DNA from: Protoeuglena noctilucae | Lineage: Eukaryota | NCBI GenBank assembly: GCA_958009085.1 | Contig: OY253673.1 | Location: forward strand, 868,001-932,000 | Length of the DNA stretch: 64,000 bases | Reading direction: 5' to 3' | Shown here: piece by piece, positions 34,320 through 47,100 of the stretch | How the letters are laid out: each line of letters starts with the position of its first letter | Numbering within the stretch: the first letter of the stretch is position 1 | Position numbers and translations under genes: made by a program | Notes under the pieces: generated by a model | The model's input: only the letters and a program-made list of their open reading frames with translations | Databases searched by the model: none | Told to the model about the DNA's origin: nothing

Positions 34320-36749
34320 ATGGAGGCCAGCAATCCTCGATCCGCATTTCGCTTTGATGTAGCTGCAGAGCCCGTCGTCCCACACCATCCCCTCCGAGCT
34401 GAAGCCCCTCCCTTCTACGTCAACGCCTCGCGAGCCCCCGAGCACACGGAGAGCTTTCGTGTCTCGATTGATAATGGCCGGGACGCTGCTTCCCTCTTCC
34501 CAGCCTCGCCTTTCGACTCTGAGGTCGGCCCGGTCCTCGACGAGACGCGAATGCTGGTCGGGCGCTGGTGCGATCGGCAGAACGTGATTTCGCTGTGGAA
34601 GCAGAAGACACGGCTTGATGCAATCTTTGACCAGGGGAAAGCGGGACTGGTGAGCCTGGGACTGGGCAATCACCCCGCCGTTGGCCAGCACATCGTCCAG
34701 TGCGACCGCAGGAGTCGGTGGTTGCGGGGCCCAGCTCGCTGCGCAGTCCTAACTCCCGTCCCTCCTCACGTGCATCCCCACCCTTTCGCTGCTGCCCGCA
34801 GTACTACGAGGTCCGCGATGCCACGTACCCCCAAGACCGTCGCGGTTCCGCGGAAGGCTTCCGCGGCCGCGCGGGGGACAAGCTTCTGGAGATCAATGGG
34901 GCGGTGCCCTTGTTTCCCGAGGACCCACATGCAAAGGGCACGGTGTTCCTGGACCTCTGGGGGGGCCCCGGGTCATTCTCACAGGTGCGGCGCCGTCCTT
35001 GCTCATATCCTTGTCGATTTGAGAGAGGGGGGACTTGTTTCAGCCGCCAAGCTCGGCGCCCTTGCAGATGCTGTTGGCGGAGGCGCCGCCCCCCGTCCGC
35101 GGGTACGGGGTGAGCCCAGCGCAGGACGGCTCCCTGAAGAGCGCGGTGTGGTACTCCGAGCTGCTTGAGTCAGGGCATTTCGATCCCCTGTGGGGCAGGG
35201 ACGGGACAGGTGCGTCAGGGTAGGCCCGCGTAGGGGTGCGGAGGGGAAGCCAACTGAGCTGAGCATCGAGCAAAGCCACCCGCGAGCCCCACCGCAGGCA
35301 ATCTCCTCGTCGCCGGCAACATGGCACACCTTGCGGAGGTGGTGCCTGCCGCAGCGCACATCGTGGTGGCAGATGGGGGCTTCCGGGTGCACCAGGACGC
35401 GCAGGGCCACCACCTGGAGAACATCCAGGAGCTCCTGAGCCACCAGGTGTGGCACGCGAACGGGGCGGTGTCCATTCACAGCTCACGCGCACGACGACGC
35501 GCTTTGCTCTCACTCCACCACCAGGTGGTGATAGCCGAGATGCTGGCCATGACGCTGACGCTCCAGGAGGGCGGCACATTCGTCGTCAAGTGCTTCGACA
35601 CCTTCAGCGACCTGTCGGCGAGCCTCATCTACACCCTCTGCCTCGTCTTCCGCCACGTGACTGTCGTGAAGCCGTTCCGGTCACGATCCGTCAACTCGGA
35701 GCGGTACCTGGTGGCCAAGGACCTCGTGTCCCGCGACTCGCCCGCCTTCCACGGCGTCGCCGCGGCCCTGCAGCGCGCCTACGACACATGCCTCGGGAAT
35801 CCCGACGTCAGCCCCCAATCCCTGCTGCCCGTCGAGGTGCGAAGGCAGGAAGTTGTTGCCGCCGGATGCCTTCTGCGTCGGCAGCGCGGTGTCACTGACA
35901 CCTCATGTGACTCACACACAGGCCCTGGTAGCGGACGAGACGTTTGTAAAGTGCCTGCGGGGCATCAACGAGCACATCGCCACGCACCAGACGGGGTCGC
36001 TGATGGTGCGTATGGGTGCACACTCACCTTGCTCAGCAGAGCACAATCGTTGCCACCCAGGATCTAACTGAATATCAGTGCACGCCTTGTGTTCAGAGAG
36101 TGATGGACGCCGTGGACCAGGAGCTCATCAAGCGCAGGCATGCGGGCGACGACGCTGCTAGCCGGCGGAGGAGTATGCAGGTGGGCCAGCGACGCGCGGC
36201 GGGCGTGCTGCGCCTCCGTGTGCGCCCTGGCGCTCAGCGCATCATGTGCCGTGGTCTGTGCTACCGCAGAGCAGCCGTGGGAGCGTGGCGGGGGACCCGG
36301 GCGCGTCCGAGGCGGGGCATGGGAGGAGCCCGTCGCGGCGAGCATCCAGTGAGGACGCTGTTGTCTCTATGACATGCGCCTCTGTGCGATTTGGGGTGTG
36401 TGTCACGGGCGTGCAGTACGCGACTGGTCAAACAAACGCCTCTCGTGGCCCGCAGTCGAGGTGCAGAACAGGAGGTCCGTGGACCGGAACCGGAGGTCGT
36501 CGTTGGGGGCAGCGCCGCAGGGGTCGCAAGGCGGGAAGAAGATGTGAGTCAGTGTGCTGGGCCTTCTGTGCTGCCACAGCGTGGTGTGACGTGGGTTCCA
36601 GCGATCCCTGCCGGATTGTCTCCCGACCTGTCTTTGCAACTCCGCACGCACGCAGTCACCCCCGCCACCAGGAGTTCAAGCACCGGATGCGCAAGCTGCT
36701 GCAAGACGACGCGCAGGGGGAGGCGGAGGAGGGGTGGACGAGGGTTTGA
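34320..36749 (+). CDS. FtsJ/RrmJ-fold 2'-O-ribose methyltransferase, cap1 (CMTR1/MTr1)-like
   Basis: K-D-K-E tetrad in 'RAGDKLLE', 'VVADGGF', 'GGTFVVKCFDTF' and 'KPFRSRSVNSERYLV'. SAM loop 'DLWGGPGSFSQ'; 'GRDGT|GNL'. Confidence 0.85.
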
Positions 36750-36956
36750 CAGCGCCGCCCCGCTCGGCATGGCATGGTCTGGGATCACATCATCGCGTGT
36801 ATGCAGATGGAACGGCTGTCTTTCTGGCATTGCACCGCCAGTGTGGCGACCACCTGCTACATTATCGGGTCCACATGCGCTCATCCGCTTTGGTTTGAAA
36901 GCGGCATGGCGTTGGCGGCATTGCCTCAGGCAGAGGAGCGTGGGCATGGCGCGCCC

Positions 36957-38593
36957 ATGACCTTGACCGGCGATATCGACAAGAGCTTTGAGCGCTGGCT
37001 GGAAGAGAGCAAGGTCAAAGCTCCCAAGTGCGTAGCGAGGTCTCGAGAACACGGCCGGAAGGTGGAAGCGCGCGTAGCGATTCGCGCGGGGGAGGTTGTC
37101 GTCCACGTCCCGGACAGTGCGGTCTTTACCGCGCAGGTGACGCGCGTCACGCCTCGCCGGCATCGCGTCCCGGTTCATCTCCATGCAACTGAAGCGCTAC
37201 AGACCGCATCGCTCGCCTGCGGTCTCAGGACTCCCGCATACACGGCCGCCTGGTCGCGGCGGGCCTCTCCGATGAGGCGGGGCCCCGCTGGGGAGCGGTG
37301 GGCCTCGCGGCCGCCCTGATGCTGGAGCGGGCGACGCGGAGTCCCTGGCGGCCGTACTTGGATTTCTTCCCCGCCAAACTCCCGCACCTGCCTCTCTTCT
37401 GGGCGGAGGCGGACCTGGCGCTCCTGCGGGGCACCACGGCGTGGGCCAAGTGCGAGGGTGCCGGGGGCGACGCGCTGCCCCCGTGCCGGCAGGCGGAGGT
37501 GTGGGAGACGCGCGTCAAGCCGCTGATGCGTGCGGTGGCGGAGGACTTGGGTGCCGGGCCGAGCAGTGTGCTCTGCAGGCGCGGACTCTTCCTGTGGGCC
37601 ACGGCTGTCGTGGCCTCCTACTCGTTCCAGCTAGGCGCCGGCAAGGTGCACGCGATCGTGCCCGTGTGGGACGCGCTCGACCACGTCACGGGCAGGGCCA
37701 ACGTGCGCCTCCGGCACGACGCAACGGCCGGGGCTCTGCAGATGGTCGCGACGAGGGACATCTGCGCTGGGTGAGATCTCGCGGGCTCCATCACGCTGAT
37801 GCTGACGCCCCCGTGTGCTGCGTGGCGGCCGCTACTGTGTCCAGTGTGGCTGAGCTTGCAGGGAGGAAGTCGTCAACAGCTACGGGGAGCTGTCCAACGC
37901 GGACCTGCTGCGGTGCTACGGCTTTGTGGAGGCCATGGCGGGCGACGACGGGGGACGGGATCACGCGCCAAGTGTCGTCGCGGTGGTGCCTGGGGTGCGT
38001 GTGGCGTCGCGGGATGTCGGAGTGCAGCTCCCGCTCGCCGAGGTCGCTTGCGCAGCGAAGACCGACGCTGCTGTTTCGGAAGTTGTGGACGCTCTGCGGC
38101 GTTTGGATGTCCTGCCAGGGGATGCGTGGGTGGACGTGCGGCATGATGGGTCCCTCCCCACGGCCTCGTGCGTGGCGCTGGTGGCGGCCACCAGCCCCAA
38201 GCACGGGTGGCGCGTCGTCAAGGCGGCCCGGCGACGGACGGGAGAGCTCGCTGACGCGGCCGTCGCCATGGCGGAGGACCGTGCGGCAGTTGAGGGGGCG
38301 TGCGAGGCGGCGCTGGTGGTTGCCGCTAGGCAACTGGCTGAGGCAAAGGGCGCGGATGCTGCCATCGGCTCCTCTTCCAGCCCCATGGCTCGGGCAGCGG
38401 CGCTGGTGCGCCAACAGGAGATCAGGTGAGGTGTCACCTGCTGTGTCTGGGTCGCCCGTGCGCCGGCATCCACAGCCGAACAGCAAAGCCACGCTTGGAT
38501 ACCCGCAGTGCATTGCAAAGTCTGTGCAAGACCCTTCAAGTGGATGCGATGGTGGGATGGCTGCTGGAACAGGGTGGTCCTATGTCGAGCTAA
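36957..38593 (+). CDS. SET-domain lysine methyltransferase (SETD6/Rubisco-LSMT-like)
   Basis: 'GRKVEARVAIRAGEVVVHVP', 'SPWRPYLDFFP...PLFW', 'VASYSF', 'IVPVWDALDH', 'MVATRDICAG|EEVVNSYGELSNADLLRCYGF'. Confidence 0.9.
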
Positions 38594-38722
38594 GTGGACT
38601 CCTGTTCCAAGGATAGCCTCAGCAAGACATCGTCCTGATAGTCCCATAGAGAGCCTCAGTGACACATCGTCCCGATCATCGCATAGTAAGCCTCAGAGAG
38701 GCGTCATTGTGCTGCAATTCGC

Positions 38723-39679
38723 TCAGGTCGCCTCCTCGGCCTTGCCCCCCTTGACCAGCCCTGGGGTCAAGAGGACCTTCATGTCCACCCGTGGTATCGC
38801 GAGTGAAATGCTCCCCCAGTCCTGTTCGTTCTGCGACACACGAGCAGTCCGGAACCATCGTCATCGGGAGACCTCGACACTACCCCGCATGAGCACTCAG
38901 CACCCACGCCCTCGCGGCTGCAACTGCGGCCCCTCCCGACTCGCCTCTACGTGCCCCTCCTCGTCCATGCCCCCCGACAGGGTCGGCGTGTCCCAGTCGG
39001 CTTTGATGGAGGTCTTGAAGTGGACGTGGCCCTTTGATGCCGGCGGGCTGTGCCGCAGCTTCAAGTCCACGTGACTGGCGCGCTTCCCCCGCAGGTCCCC
39101 CAGCAGTCTCAACTCGTACCCAAAGAAGGGCTTTCTGAGCCGCGCGTTGTAACCCCCAGTCAGCTGACAGCTCAGTGACTTGCCGATCCGAATCACACCT
39201 GCAGGGCGCAGCGTGTGGGGTGCATGAAGCCTGGGCGCGAGCAGGGGTGCAGAGGGAGCTCAAGCGCGAGCCGCACGTGCGCTCGCCTGTTTGAAGGGAG
39301 GCTGACTGGTGCGCGGGATTCACCGTCACACGCTCGATCCAAGACGCCCATGGTACATGCGTCGGCTTCAGTACGACCTCGGGGCGGGAGTACCCTGGCC
39401 GGCCGCCCAGCGCGGGCTTGTGTAGCCTGCGGCCGGAAACAGGGGCATCGTCGCGCCTGGGCGGCTCTCAGGGACTGCACTGCAGCATCGCTGCCGATGC
39501 GATCCACTGCGACCCCCTCACCAGTTAAACGAGGCACGCACGGGACCGGCGGCGGCCTGGACCTTGCATCTCAGCTCTGGGACAAGGTCGAGCTTGAAGT
39601 AGCGCGCGACCTCGTCGAGATACGAGTCGTGGTCCGACGCATCGCTGGAGGCAGGCTCCTCGCGGGGCGAGTCGGCCAT
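38723..39679 (-). CDS. Hypothetical protein, beta-strand rich, about 4 exons
   Basis: ATG at 39679 'MADSPREE...YFKLDLVPELRCKV'. Exon 'VIRIGKSLSCQLTGGYNARLRKPFFGYELRL...FKTSIKADW'. Final exon 'DWGSISLAIPRVDMKVLL...EEAT*'. No family recognised. Confidence 0.6.
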
Positions 39680-40179
39680 CGCAGGCGTCCCTCGGATCAC
39701 ACGATACAAATTCAGTGGACGGCGTGACCCAAGGGCTGCAAAACGGCGGGAACCGCCGGGAAGATGGGAAGGCGCAGGCCAGCGAAGGGACACGCGCGCT
39801 GCTGCAAGCGATGGCGCCTCTCAGCGGCGTCCACAAGTTGGCAAGTTTTTAATTATCCGCTAGCTGTCGACCACTTGGGTCAGGTGGTGCCAATAAGAGA
39901 GCGCGGCGGGCACCAGCACAGCGTGACACGGCCAGAGCGCGACCAACTCCGCGCGAGCCCACTCGCCGGCAGCCGATCGAGTGACATTGTGCTGTACTGC
40001 CTGGTCACCGCCATCGCGCTTGGATCCCTCGTGCTTGCACCGGGGCCCGTCTTTGCGTGAAGGCTCACGTGCAGCTCCATTGGTCGGCCTCGGGCTCCAC
40101 TGACTCGTCCTAGAGCCCCTTTAGCGTGTCATCCTTTCCCATACGGTGGCCAGCGGCGCGCGCGTAGCGCGTGAGGGGC

Positions 40180-41847
40180 ATGTCCCCTCTTGCCTCGTCT
40201 TCGGGGCGATGGAAAGTCCTCGTTGTCGCCGCTTCCGGCACCGCAGCAGGTGCGATCGCTGTATTTACTTCACGTCCTCTCATCCATCCTCTCATCCAGC
40301 CGAGGTCCCACTGCATCGCGCCCCCATTTCCATCCGCGCTCAGGGGGAGAGGCCGGCGGGCGGCCTGAGGGATGGTCCGCCAGCCTGACCTCGCTCCCGA
40401 CTGCGGAGTCACGAATGTTGCTGGACGCGGCACCAAAAGCCGTCGCGGACCTGTGCTCGTCGTGGAAACCGGACTTGTTGTTCGTGCGGGGCGGCGCGTC
40501 GCAGTCCACGAGCGGAGAGGGGCACGCTGTGCTGGCCCCGCACAAGGACATCGCCGCGCTCGCAAGGGCCCTCCCCGCGGGCTTGGGTGCTCAGGGCATT
40601 CTCTTCGAGTGCCCGCTCCCGAGCGCCGTGGGGGAGGATCTCAAGACCCGGGGCGTGGGGGATGTCGTAATTGGATGGCCCGCGGAGCCGGGGACGCCCG
40701 CGGCGGTGGCGGAGGTTTTCTCGCACGCCTTCTTCGCTTTCCTCCGCACGCCTGGCGTGACCGTGGTGGAGGCCTACGCGCTGGCCGTTGCCGCGACCTT
40801 CGTGCACTGCACGAGGGCGGGCCCCAGCCACGGCCCCCTCGTCGCTCCCCCGTACCCTCCCTTCGTGCACAGCGCCATCCCCATGCTGCCGGGCCCCATC
40901 TCGGTGCCCCTGCCGCCCTCGGGCTTCCGCGAGGCGGAGCTGGCGACCTGCCGCCTGCTGGCGCCCCGGACCGAGGCCAAACTCGTCGTCTGCGGGGGCA
41001 TGGGCATGGCCGAGGCCGGCCGCCTCGAGTGCCTGGCGCTGGCGCTGCGGTCGGTGCTGGTGGCCGAGGCCAGGAGTGCCCGGGTGCTGGCATGGCACGC
41101 CCAGCAGCTGCCGCCGGGCACCGTGCCTGCCGGCATTGGCGCCCTGCAGTGCCGCGTGCAGTCGGCGTCGGGGGCGCAGGTGACGGTGACGTTGTGTGGG
41201 GCTCCGGCGGCTCTCGAGGACGACGAGCTGCGGGAGCACGCCATCCGCCTGTGCCTGTGCACGGACGGCATGCAGACGCAGGTCAGGGTCCCGCCCAAGA
41301 ACAACCAGCTCGTGAGGTGAGGACTGGGCACTCGCACATCGAGCGCGGGTGAGGTGTGCGGCCCCGATTGCAGCTAAAACAAGGAGCTATCTCTTTGCTT
41401 CTGGCCCGCAGCGCCCGGCGGAGCTACGCCATCGGGGCGGCGTGCAAGACGATTGAGCTCTCGACCAATATGTCGGTCTGGGCGACGCACGTCCTGCTGC
41501 ACATGGCGGGCACTTGGGACAACTACACGCTGCCAGCCCTGGGCGTCGCGGCATTCATGGGAGTGGCGTCGCGCTTCTCGCTGGAGGACGCGCAGTGCAT
41601 GGGGCAGGCACTGCGCTTCGCCGAGTCTCCTGCACCGGCCGTGCCGGTCACCGGCGCCCACGGCCTCGTGTCTGCGGCAGGCACGCCGGTCATGCTGCCC
41701 CCGGCCTTGATGGTCGCGATTCCCGGCCTTGAGGGGAAGACGGGTGAGCGCAGACACGGCATGATTGACTGGCTACGGCATCATTTCACAGCAGATTGGG
41801 AGCAGTCGCGTTTGGCTGTGTCCGCAGTGCGCAAGCTTCAGTTGTGA
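40180..41847 (+). CDS. Homolog of the N-terminal region of plant ARID4, with no ARID/PHD domain visible; 3' end uncertain
   Basis: 'LRSVLVAEARSAR...LQCRVQSASGAQVTVTLCGAPAALEDDELREHAIR' and 'RRSYAIGAACKTIEL...VWATHVL...LGVAAF...FSLEDA' resemble remembered ARID4 segments ('LRALLNIEIRG...MRCDISTCSSAHISLLVSG', 'RRSASIACGASVFEV...TWASQVL'). Confidence 0.7.
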
Positions 41848-42131
41848 AAGAGGGACGATTGGCGATGAGGACGACTGCGTGAGGCCCAGAGCACTGCCAT
41901 TCCCAGCCACGGCATGGCGCTAGGTTCCGGCACAGCACGCCACTTGAATCTGACAACCCAGTGTGGCTTTCTGGTCTTGAAGATGCCATCACGAGACTTG
42001 AGATCCCATATCTGTTCTCACCGGAACTGAGACAAAGAGGCCACGAGTGTGCACGTCACCTGGACCTCTATCTGATCCTCTACTTGTCGTACACTCTCCT
42101 CGGCGTGCGTCGCTGCAGTACGCTGTGCATC

Positions 42132-44022
42132 ATGTCGACCGGCGACCCGGGGGGCAATGCGGAACGCTTGGCTCGCGCTATGCGCCAGCTGCGGTACCCA
42201 CGCGACATCGACGTGGAGAGGCGAGTTGCGCTATGGAAGTTCGGGTCCTGAACGCACGCATCCGCCTAAGTTCGCTTCAAAGAAAGCAAGGAGCGATGGG
42301 CGCGTGGCCGCAGGTTAAAGGTCGGGCAGCCGGAGGCGTTGCTTCCGCTGCTGCACCACTGTCTCCTCGGTTATTCAAAATCCCTGGCGGCCGCGATCTT
42401 CAGCAAGGGCTATGAGCTACAGGGGAAGACGGACCACCGATTCGTGGAGCTGGCGTTCAAAGTCCTGCGCGAGGTATTCGGCTACCGGCCGTCTCTCACC
42501 CCAACCCAGTTCCTGCAGGGCGGATACGCGGGTGAGGGACCGCGCAGACGAGGACGGGTGGCGATGTCGTTCCTTTGCATCGTTGCAAATGCTACTGATG
42601 CGTCGTGACGCAGTTTGCCTGCGCCGCTCGTCACGAATGTCCCGTTCCTGCCGGTTGCAGAGAGGAAGGTGCTGCTGGTGCATGACGTCGCGCAACTGTG
42701 TCAGCAGGCGCATCAAGATATGGTTCGGCAGGACAAGCGTGCGCGGCTGACGACGCAGCGGACCGCGGTGCTCTTCGAGCGGCAAAGGCCCCCCACCAGC
42801 ACCGGCCCTGCCCTCAACAAGGGCTGCCAGGCAGCCGTGGACAGCACTCGCGAGCCAGGTAGGCGACGCACAGACCGATGTTTGACGATGGCAACGAAGG
42901 GGCGAGCTCCTTTGCAAAGCCCCAACGCTTGCGCTGCGCTGCAGGGGGTCGTGTGTTTGACGTCCCTTACGAGGTCGCAGTCTCTGAGCCCGGGACGAGG
43001 ATGGGGGAGTCGGTTTCGAATGCTGCGATCGTGCAGCGTGCGCCACTTGCTGTCGCCAGGTGCGCGTCCATCATGATGGCTGTGGCGCAAAACTGGCACA
43101 GGTGCTGGCCTGCCAGGGTGCATGCCAAGTCATGACAACCCCGCCCCATGATCTGCAGGGCGGAGGCGTGGGAGGCGAGCCGCCGCGGGGCTGAAGCTCC
43201 TGAGACGCACCTCGACAGCCAGCGCTGGGACGGCGAGGACCGCTGGGATGGCAGCGACCTGCCGGCGGCCCAGCCCTCTGGCCCCTCTGACCCGCCTGCG
43301 GTAGCAGACAGGGCCCGGCCGGGGCGCGACGAAGGGCACCAGGAATCTCGCAGGGACCGTGCGCGGGCCGGGTCCCGTGACGAGTCGCAGGGCGGGTCAA
43401 GGGACGCGTTGGTCGACCATGTGGTGGCACTGACGCAGGCCCTGGCGTGGGTGCGGGACCAGCAGCGCAGGCAGGAGGAGCTGCACCGGCAGCAGATGGA
43501 AAGTATGGCAGGGTGGATTTGCGTCCTGGAGACCCGGCTGAGGGCCGTGGAGGCCGCCAACCGGGACGGCAGTGCTCCCTCGGCCGCTCCCCAGGTGTGG
43601 ATGCGGGGATCAATGGGTTTGCCGGACCTTGCTATCTAGCCGGGCAGCGAGCAATGCCCACGCTGTTGTCACGCCTGCAGGCTGCTGCTGTGGAGCCGGA
43701 CAGGGACTTCGCGGGGGCGGAGAGCCACGCTGCGTCGCGAGGCCCTGGTGGGGTCGGCAACGTGACCGCCAGCTCGCAGCAGAGGTGGACGGGAGCTGCT
43801 GGCTTCGCTCCTGCGGAGGGACCTGCGGTGGGTAGGGCAGCTGCCACAACACCCGACGCGGCATGGGGGGGCGTGGCGGTCGCCGCCGGTCAGGCTGTCC
43901 GCAAGGTGCAGGGTGACTGGGTGGACGAAATGGAGGAACGGTTCGCGTCGGCCAGGCGACTTCTGGCGTCCCTCGACCTTGGCGAATGTAACGGCTTGGG
44001 CTCGGACAGGGTCAGGACCTAG
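42132..44022 (+). CDS. CEP44: Centrosomal protein CEP44
   Basis: 'MSTGDPGGNAERLARAMRQLRYPRDID...GQPEALLPLLHHCLLGYS...ELQGKTDHRFVELAFKVLREVFGYRPSLTPTQFLQGGYA|ERKV' matches the CEP44 N-terminal domain. A coiled coil 'LETRLRAVE' follows. Confidence 0.92.
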
Positions 44023-44170
44023 CTGTGACCGAAGAGTAACAGTGGGTTTTCTGGCAGCCTGGCCAGCTGATTGAAATTCCAAGTGCCCTGACATTGCCCA
44101 TGGCGACTAACAGAAGTTTCGCTACGCCCCTGTCGTCCTGGGGACGGCATAGGAGCAGGCGCTCGCCTGA

Positions 44171-47100
44171 ATGGGCGACTTTGATATCAACTCGGCCCTT
44201 GTCGCTGCATCACGGAGTCGCGCCGCAGAGGTCTCTGCCAAATCTAGGGGCCGGGGGAGGAGGTGAAGGATAACAACCGCCGTCGCGAGCTGTGGAGGTT
44301 GTCATATGCTTGGAAGGGTGCAAATTCCATTCCTTCTGCAGAAACCGGCAGAAGCGGGATGCCGAGGATGAAGGAAACGGCCTAGAGAAAGATGTCGTGG
44401 CGGGGGACTGGCTCTTCGCGTCGTGCCGCGCCCAGCCAGGAGTCGCCAATGCCGACGGTACGTGCTGCTGCTCCTCCGAACCGCTGCCGTCGCTAAGCGC
44501 AGTGGCAGTGGCTGGAACGCATGAGATGTGTGCACGCAGTCCCGGACTCCTTCGACTCGGCGACGCAATACGCGGCCACCTTCCGGAGCCTCGTCGTGGA
44601 GGAGGCGCGGGCGGGGATGGTGTCGGCTGCCATGGCTGCGATCGATACGGGATCCGCGCAGCAAGCGGGCGTGTTTCTCGATCGGGAGCTACCCGGGGGC
44701 GGCGCGCGGCTGCTCGTCCTGGGCCTCCCTGACAGCTGGAGGTGGGGACGCTAGGCTGGGTGACATGCAAAGCTGCTTGTATGGCCCTTCCTGGAGCGCC
44801 CGCGCGCGCCTCTGCGCAGGGAAGGCAACCTCGTGGTGTTGACATCCGCGGAATCGCCCTCCCCGGCCGTCTTGGAGGACCCAGGGGACGCCCCCGTGGC
44901 TGCCGGGGGGGAGGGGCGAGCCGTCAAGCGGGCACGCACAGGGGATGGGTCCCACGCCCCGGGTGCACTGACGGTGGCGGGGATCCTCAGGGCTAGGCGG
45001 CGCGATGGTGGGCCGGGTCGGGAGGGACGCGTGTGCGAGGTGGATGCATTCCCCACCTGCCGCGCCGCCCCGGGCTGCGGGGGCCGGTGCAGCGCAGTGC
45101 TCTCGGGGCTGCTGGGCCTGCCGAGGGCCGAGCGCTCAGTGGCCCCCGCGCCGCCCCCCGCGCAGTGGTGGGCGCTGCCCGGCGGCAGCGTGGTGGTGCA
45201 GTCTCGTGAGCTGGGCGCCTTGTCTGCGCTGTCGTCAATGCCCCTGCGAGGTCCCCTCCTCCGCCCCCAGCTGCTCCGCCACTACAGCGCCGGCAGCTGG
45301 CCGCGGCACTTTCACTCCGCTGCCTTCCACGCGCACCTGCACGCGTCGTTCGACTCGTCCCAACTGGCTGCCCTGGAAGCGTGCATGGGCGTGTTGGGTG
45401 CCGAGGAGCGGGGGGAGCGGTCCCGGCCCATCGTGCTCGTCAAGGGCCCGCCGGGGACGGGCAAGACGCACACGGTGCGCGGCATCCTCAACGCATGGCA
45501 CCTCGTCGGGTACCAGCAGCACTACGCTTCCCTGGAGGCGGCCATTCTGGCGAGCCTTGACCGGGACGGCTGGGGAGCGGGCATGGACCCAGTGGAGCTG
45601 CTGTTGGACGTGGATCACATGCTAGAGACGGGGGAGGGCCTCGCACCGCTGCCCCGGATCCTCGTCTGCGCCCCCAGCAATGCCGCCATTGACGAGCTGC
45701 TGGGACGAGGTGAGCGCGGCACGCAGGTGTCGCTGCTGGTGGTCTGCTAACAGTGGGCAGCGTCTGTGTCTGTTGTCACAGAAGCGCCTTAGCCTCGCCA
45801 AGCTCGCTTTGTGGAGCGTCAAACACGCCTTCTCTGCTGCACACTCTCCACCCACGCCATCCGCCCCCGCACCCTGCAGTGCTGACGGACGGCTTCCGGG
45901 ACCTCACGGGCGCCCGGTATGACCCCAAGGTAGTCCGCGTGGGCCCATCAGACAGCCCCAAGATCTCCCCGGCTTCCCTACGTGTGTTTGTGGACACGCA
46001 CGTGGCGCGGCTGCTGGCGCACACCCCTGAGACATTCGAGGCTGAGGCTGCCAGCGAGGCGAGCTTCCTCAGCGACCTCTCCCGGGCCATCGCGGCCCTC
46101 AAAGTGCAGTTCCCGGCCGCGACGCCCACCCACCGCAAAGCCCTGGCGGAGCAGCTGGCCCGAGAGTACCACCGGAGAGAACGCCACGTGCTGCGGATGG
46201 AGATGCTCGAGTGCGTGCGGGGGAAGGTGTACGGGATGCCCGGAAGGCAGGAGAGGGCCGCGGTGGACGGCCTGGAGGCGCTGTGGATGCGCGACGCCCA
46301 GATCGTCTTCACCACGCTGTCCTCGGCAGCACGCGCCTCCTTCGCTAGGAGCAAGGCCGCCTTCCGGCGCGTGCTGATCGACGAGGCGTGCCAGGCATCC
46401 GAACCCGCGGCGCTGCAGGCGCTCATGTACGGATGCGAGCACTGGTGAGACGGGGCACGTTGCGCTGCTGTGAGCCATGCAAGTACTGAGGGCTGATCTT
46501 ACGATACAGCTGGCTAGTCAGGTACAATGATTGCTAACATCTATTTACGTGTGCTTTGCCACCCTCCCTTGCAGTGTCCTGGTGGGTGACCCCCAGCAGC
46601 TCCCCGCCACCCTCATTTCCCAGACAGGGCGTGCCTCGAACTTCCAGCGCTCTCTTTTCGAGCGGCTCACGGTGGCGGGTTGCCCCGTGTCCATGCTGGT
46701 GAATGCTGCTCCTTCGCACCTACCACCGGCACCCAGCTCGCGCTGACCTGCCTTGTCGGCTCTCTTGCGCCTGACTGAGCCGTGCCCGGCGTCTGACTCC
46801 AACACGCGTCCCTGTGCTTTCCACATCGCAGTCCGTGCAGTACCGCATGCACCCGGAGATCCGCAGCTTCCCCAGCCGCCACTTCTACGACGGGAAGCTC
46901 ACCGACGGTGCGTGCGTGGTGGCCGCTCCTGACGAGGTGTTCTACGGCTTGCCGCCCCTGGGACCATACGCCTTCTTCGATGTGCCGGGCGGGCGCGAGG
47001 ACCGGAGGGGCGGGGGATCTCTCATGAACGCCGCAGAGGGGCGGGTGGTGCTGTCCCTGCTGTCGCTTCTGTCCCAGGCCGTGCGCGCGCGGCTGGCCGC

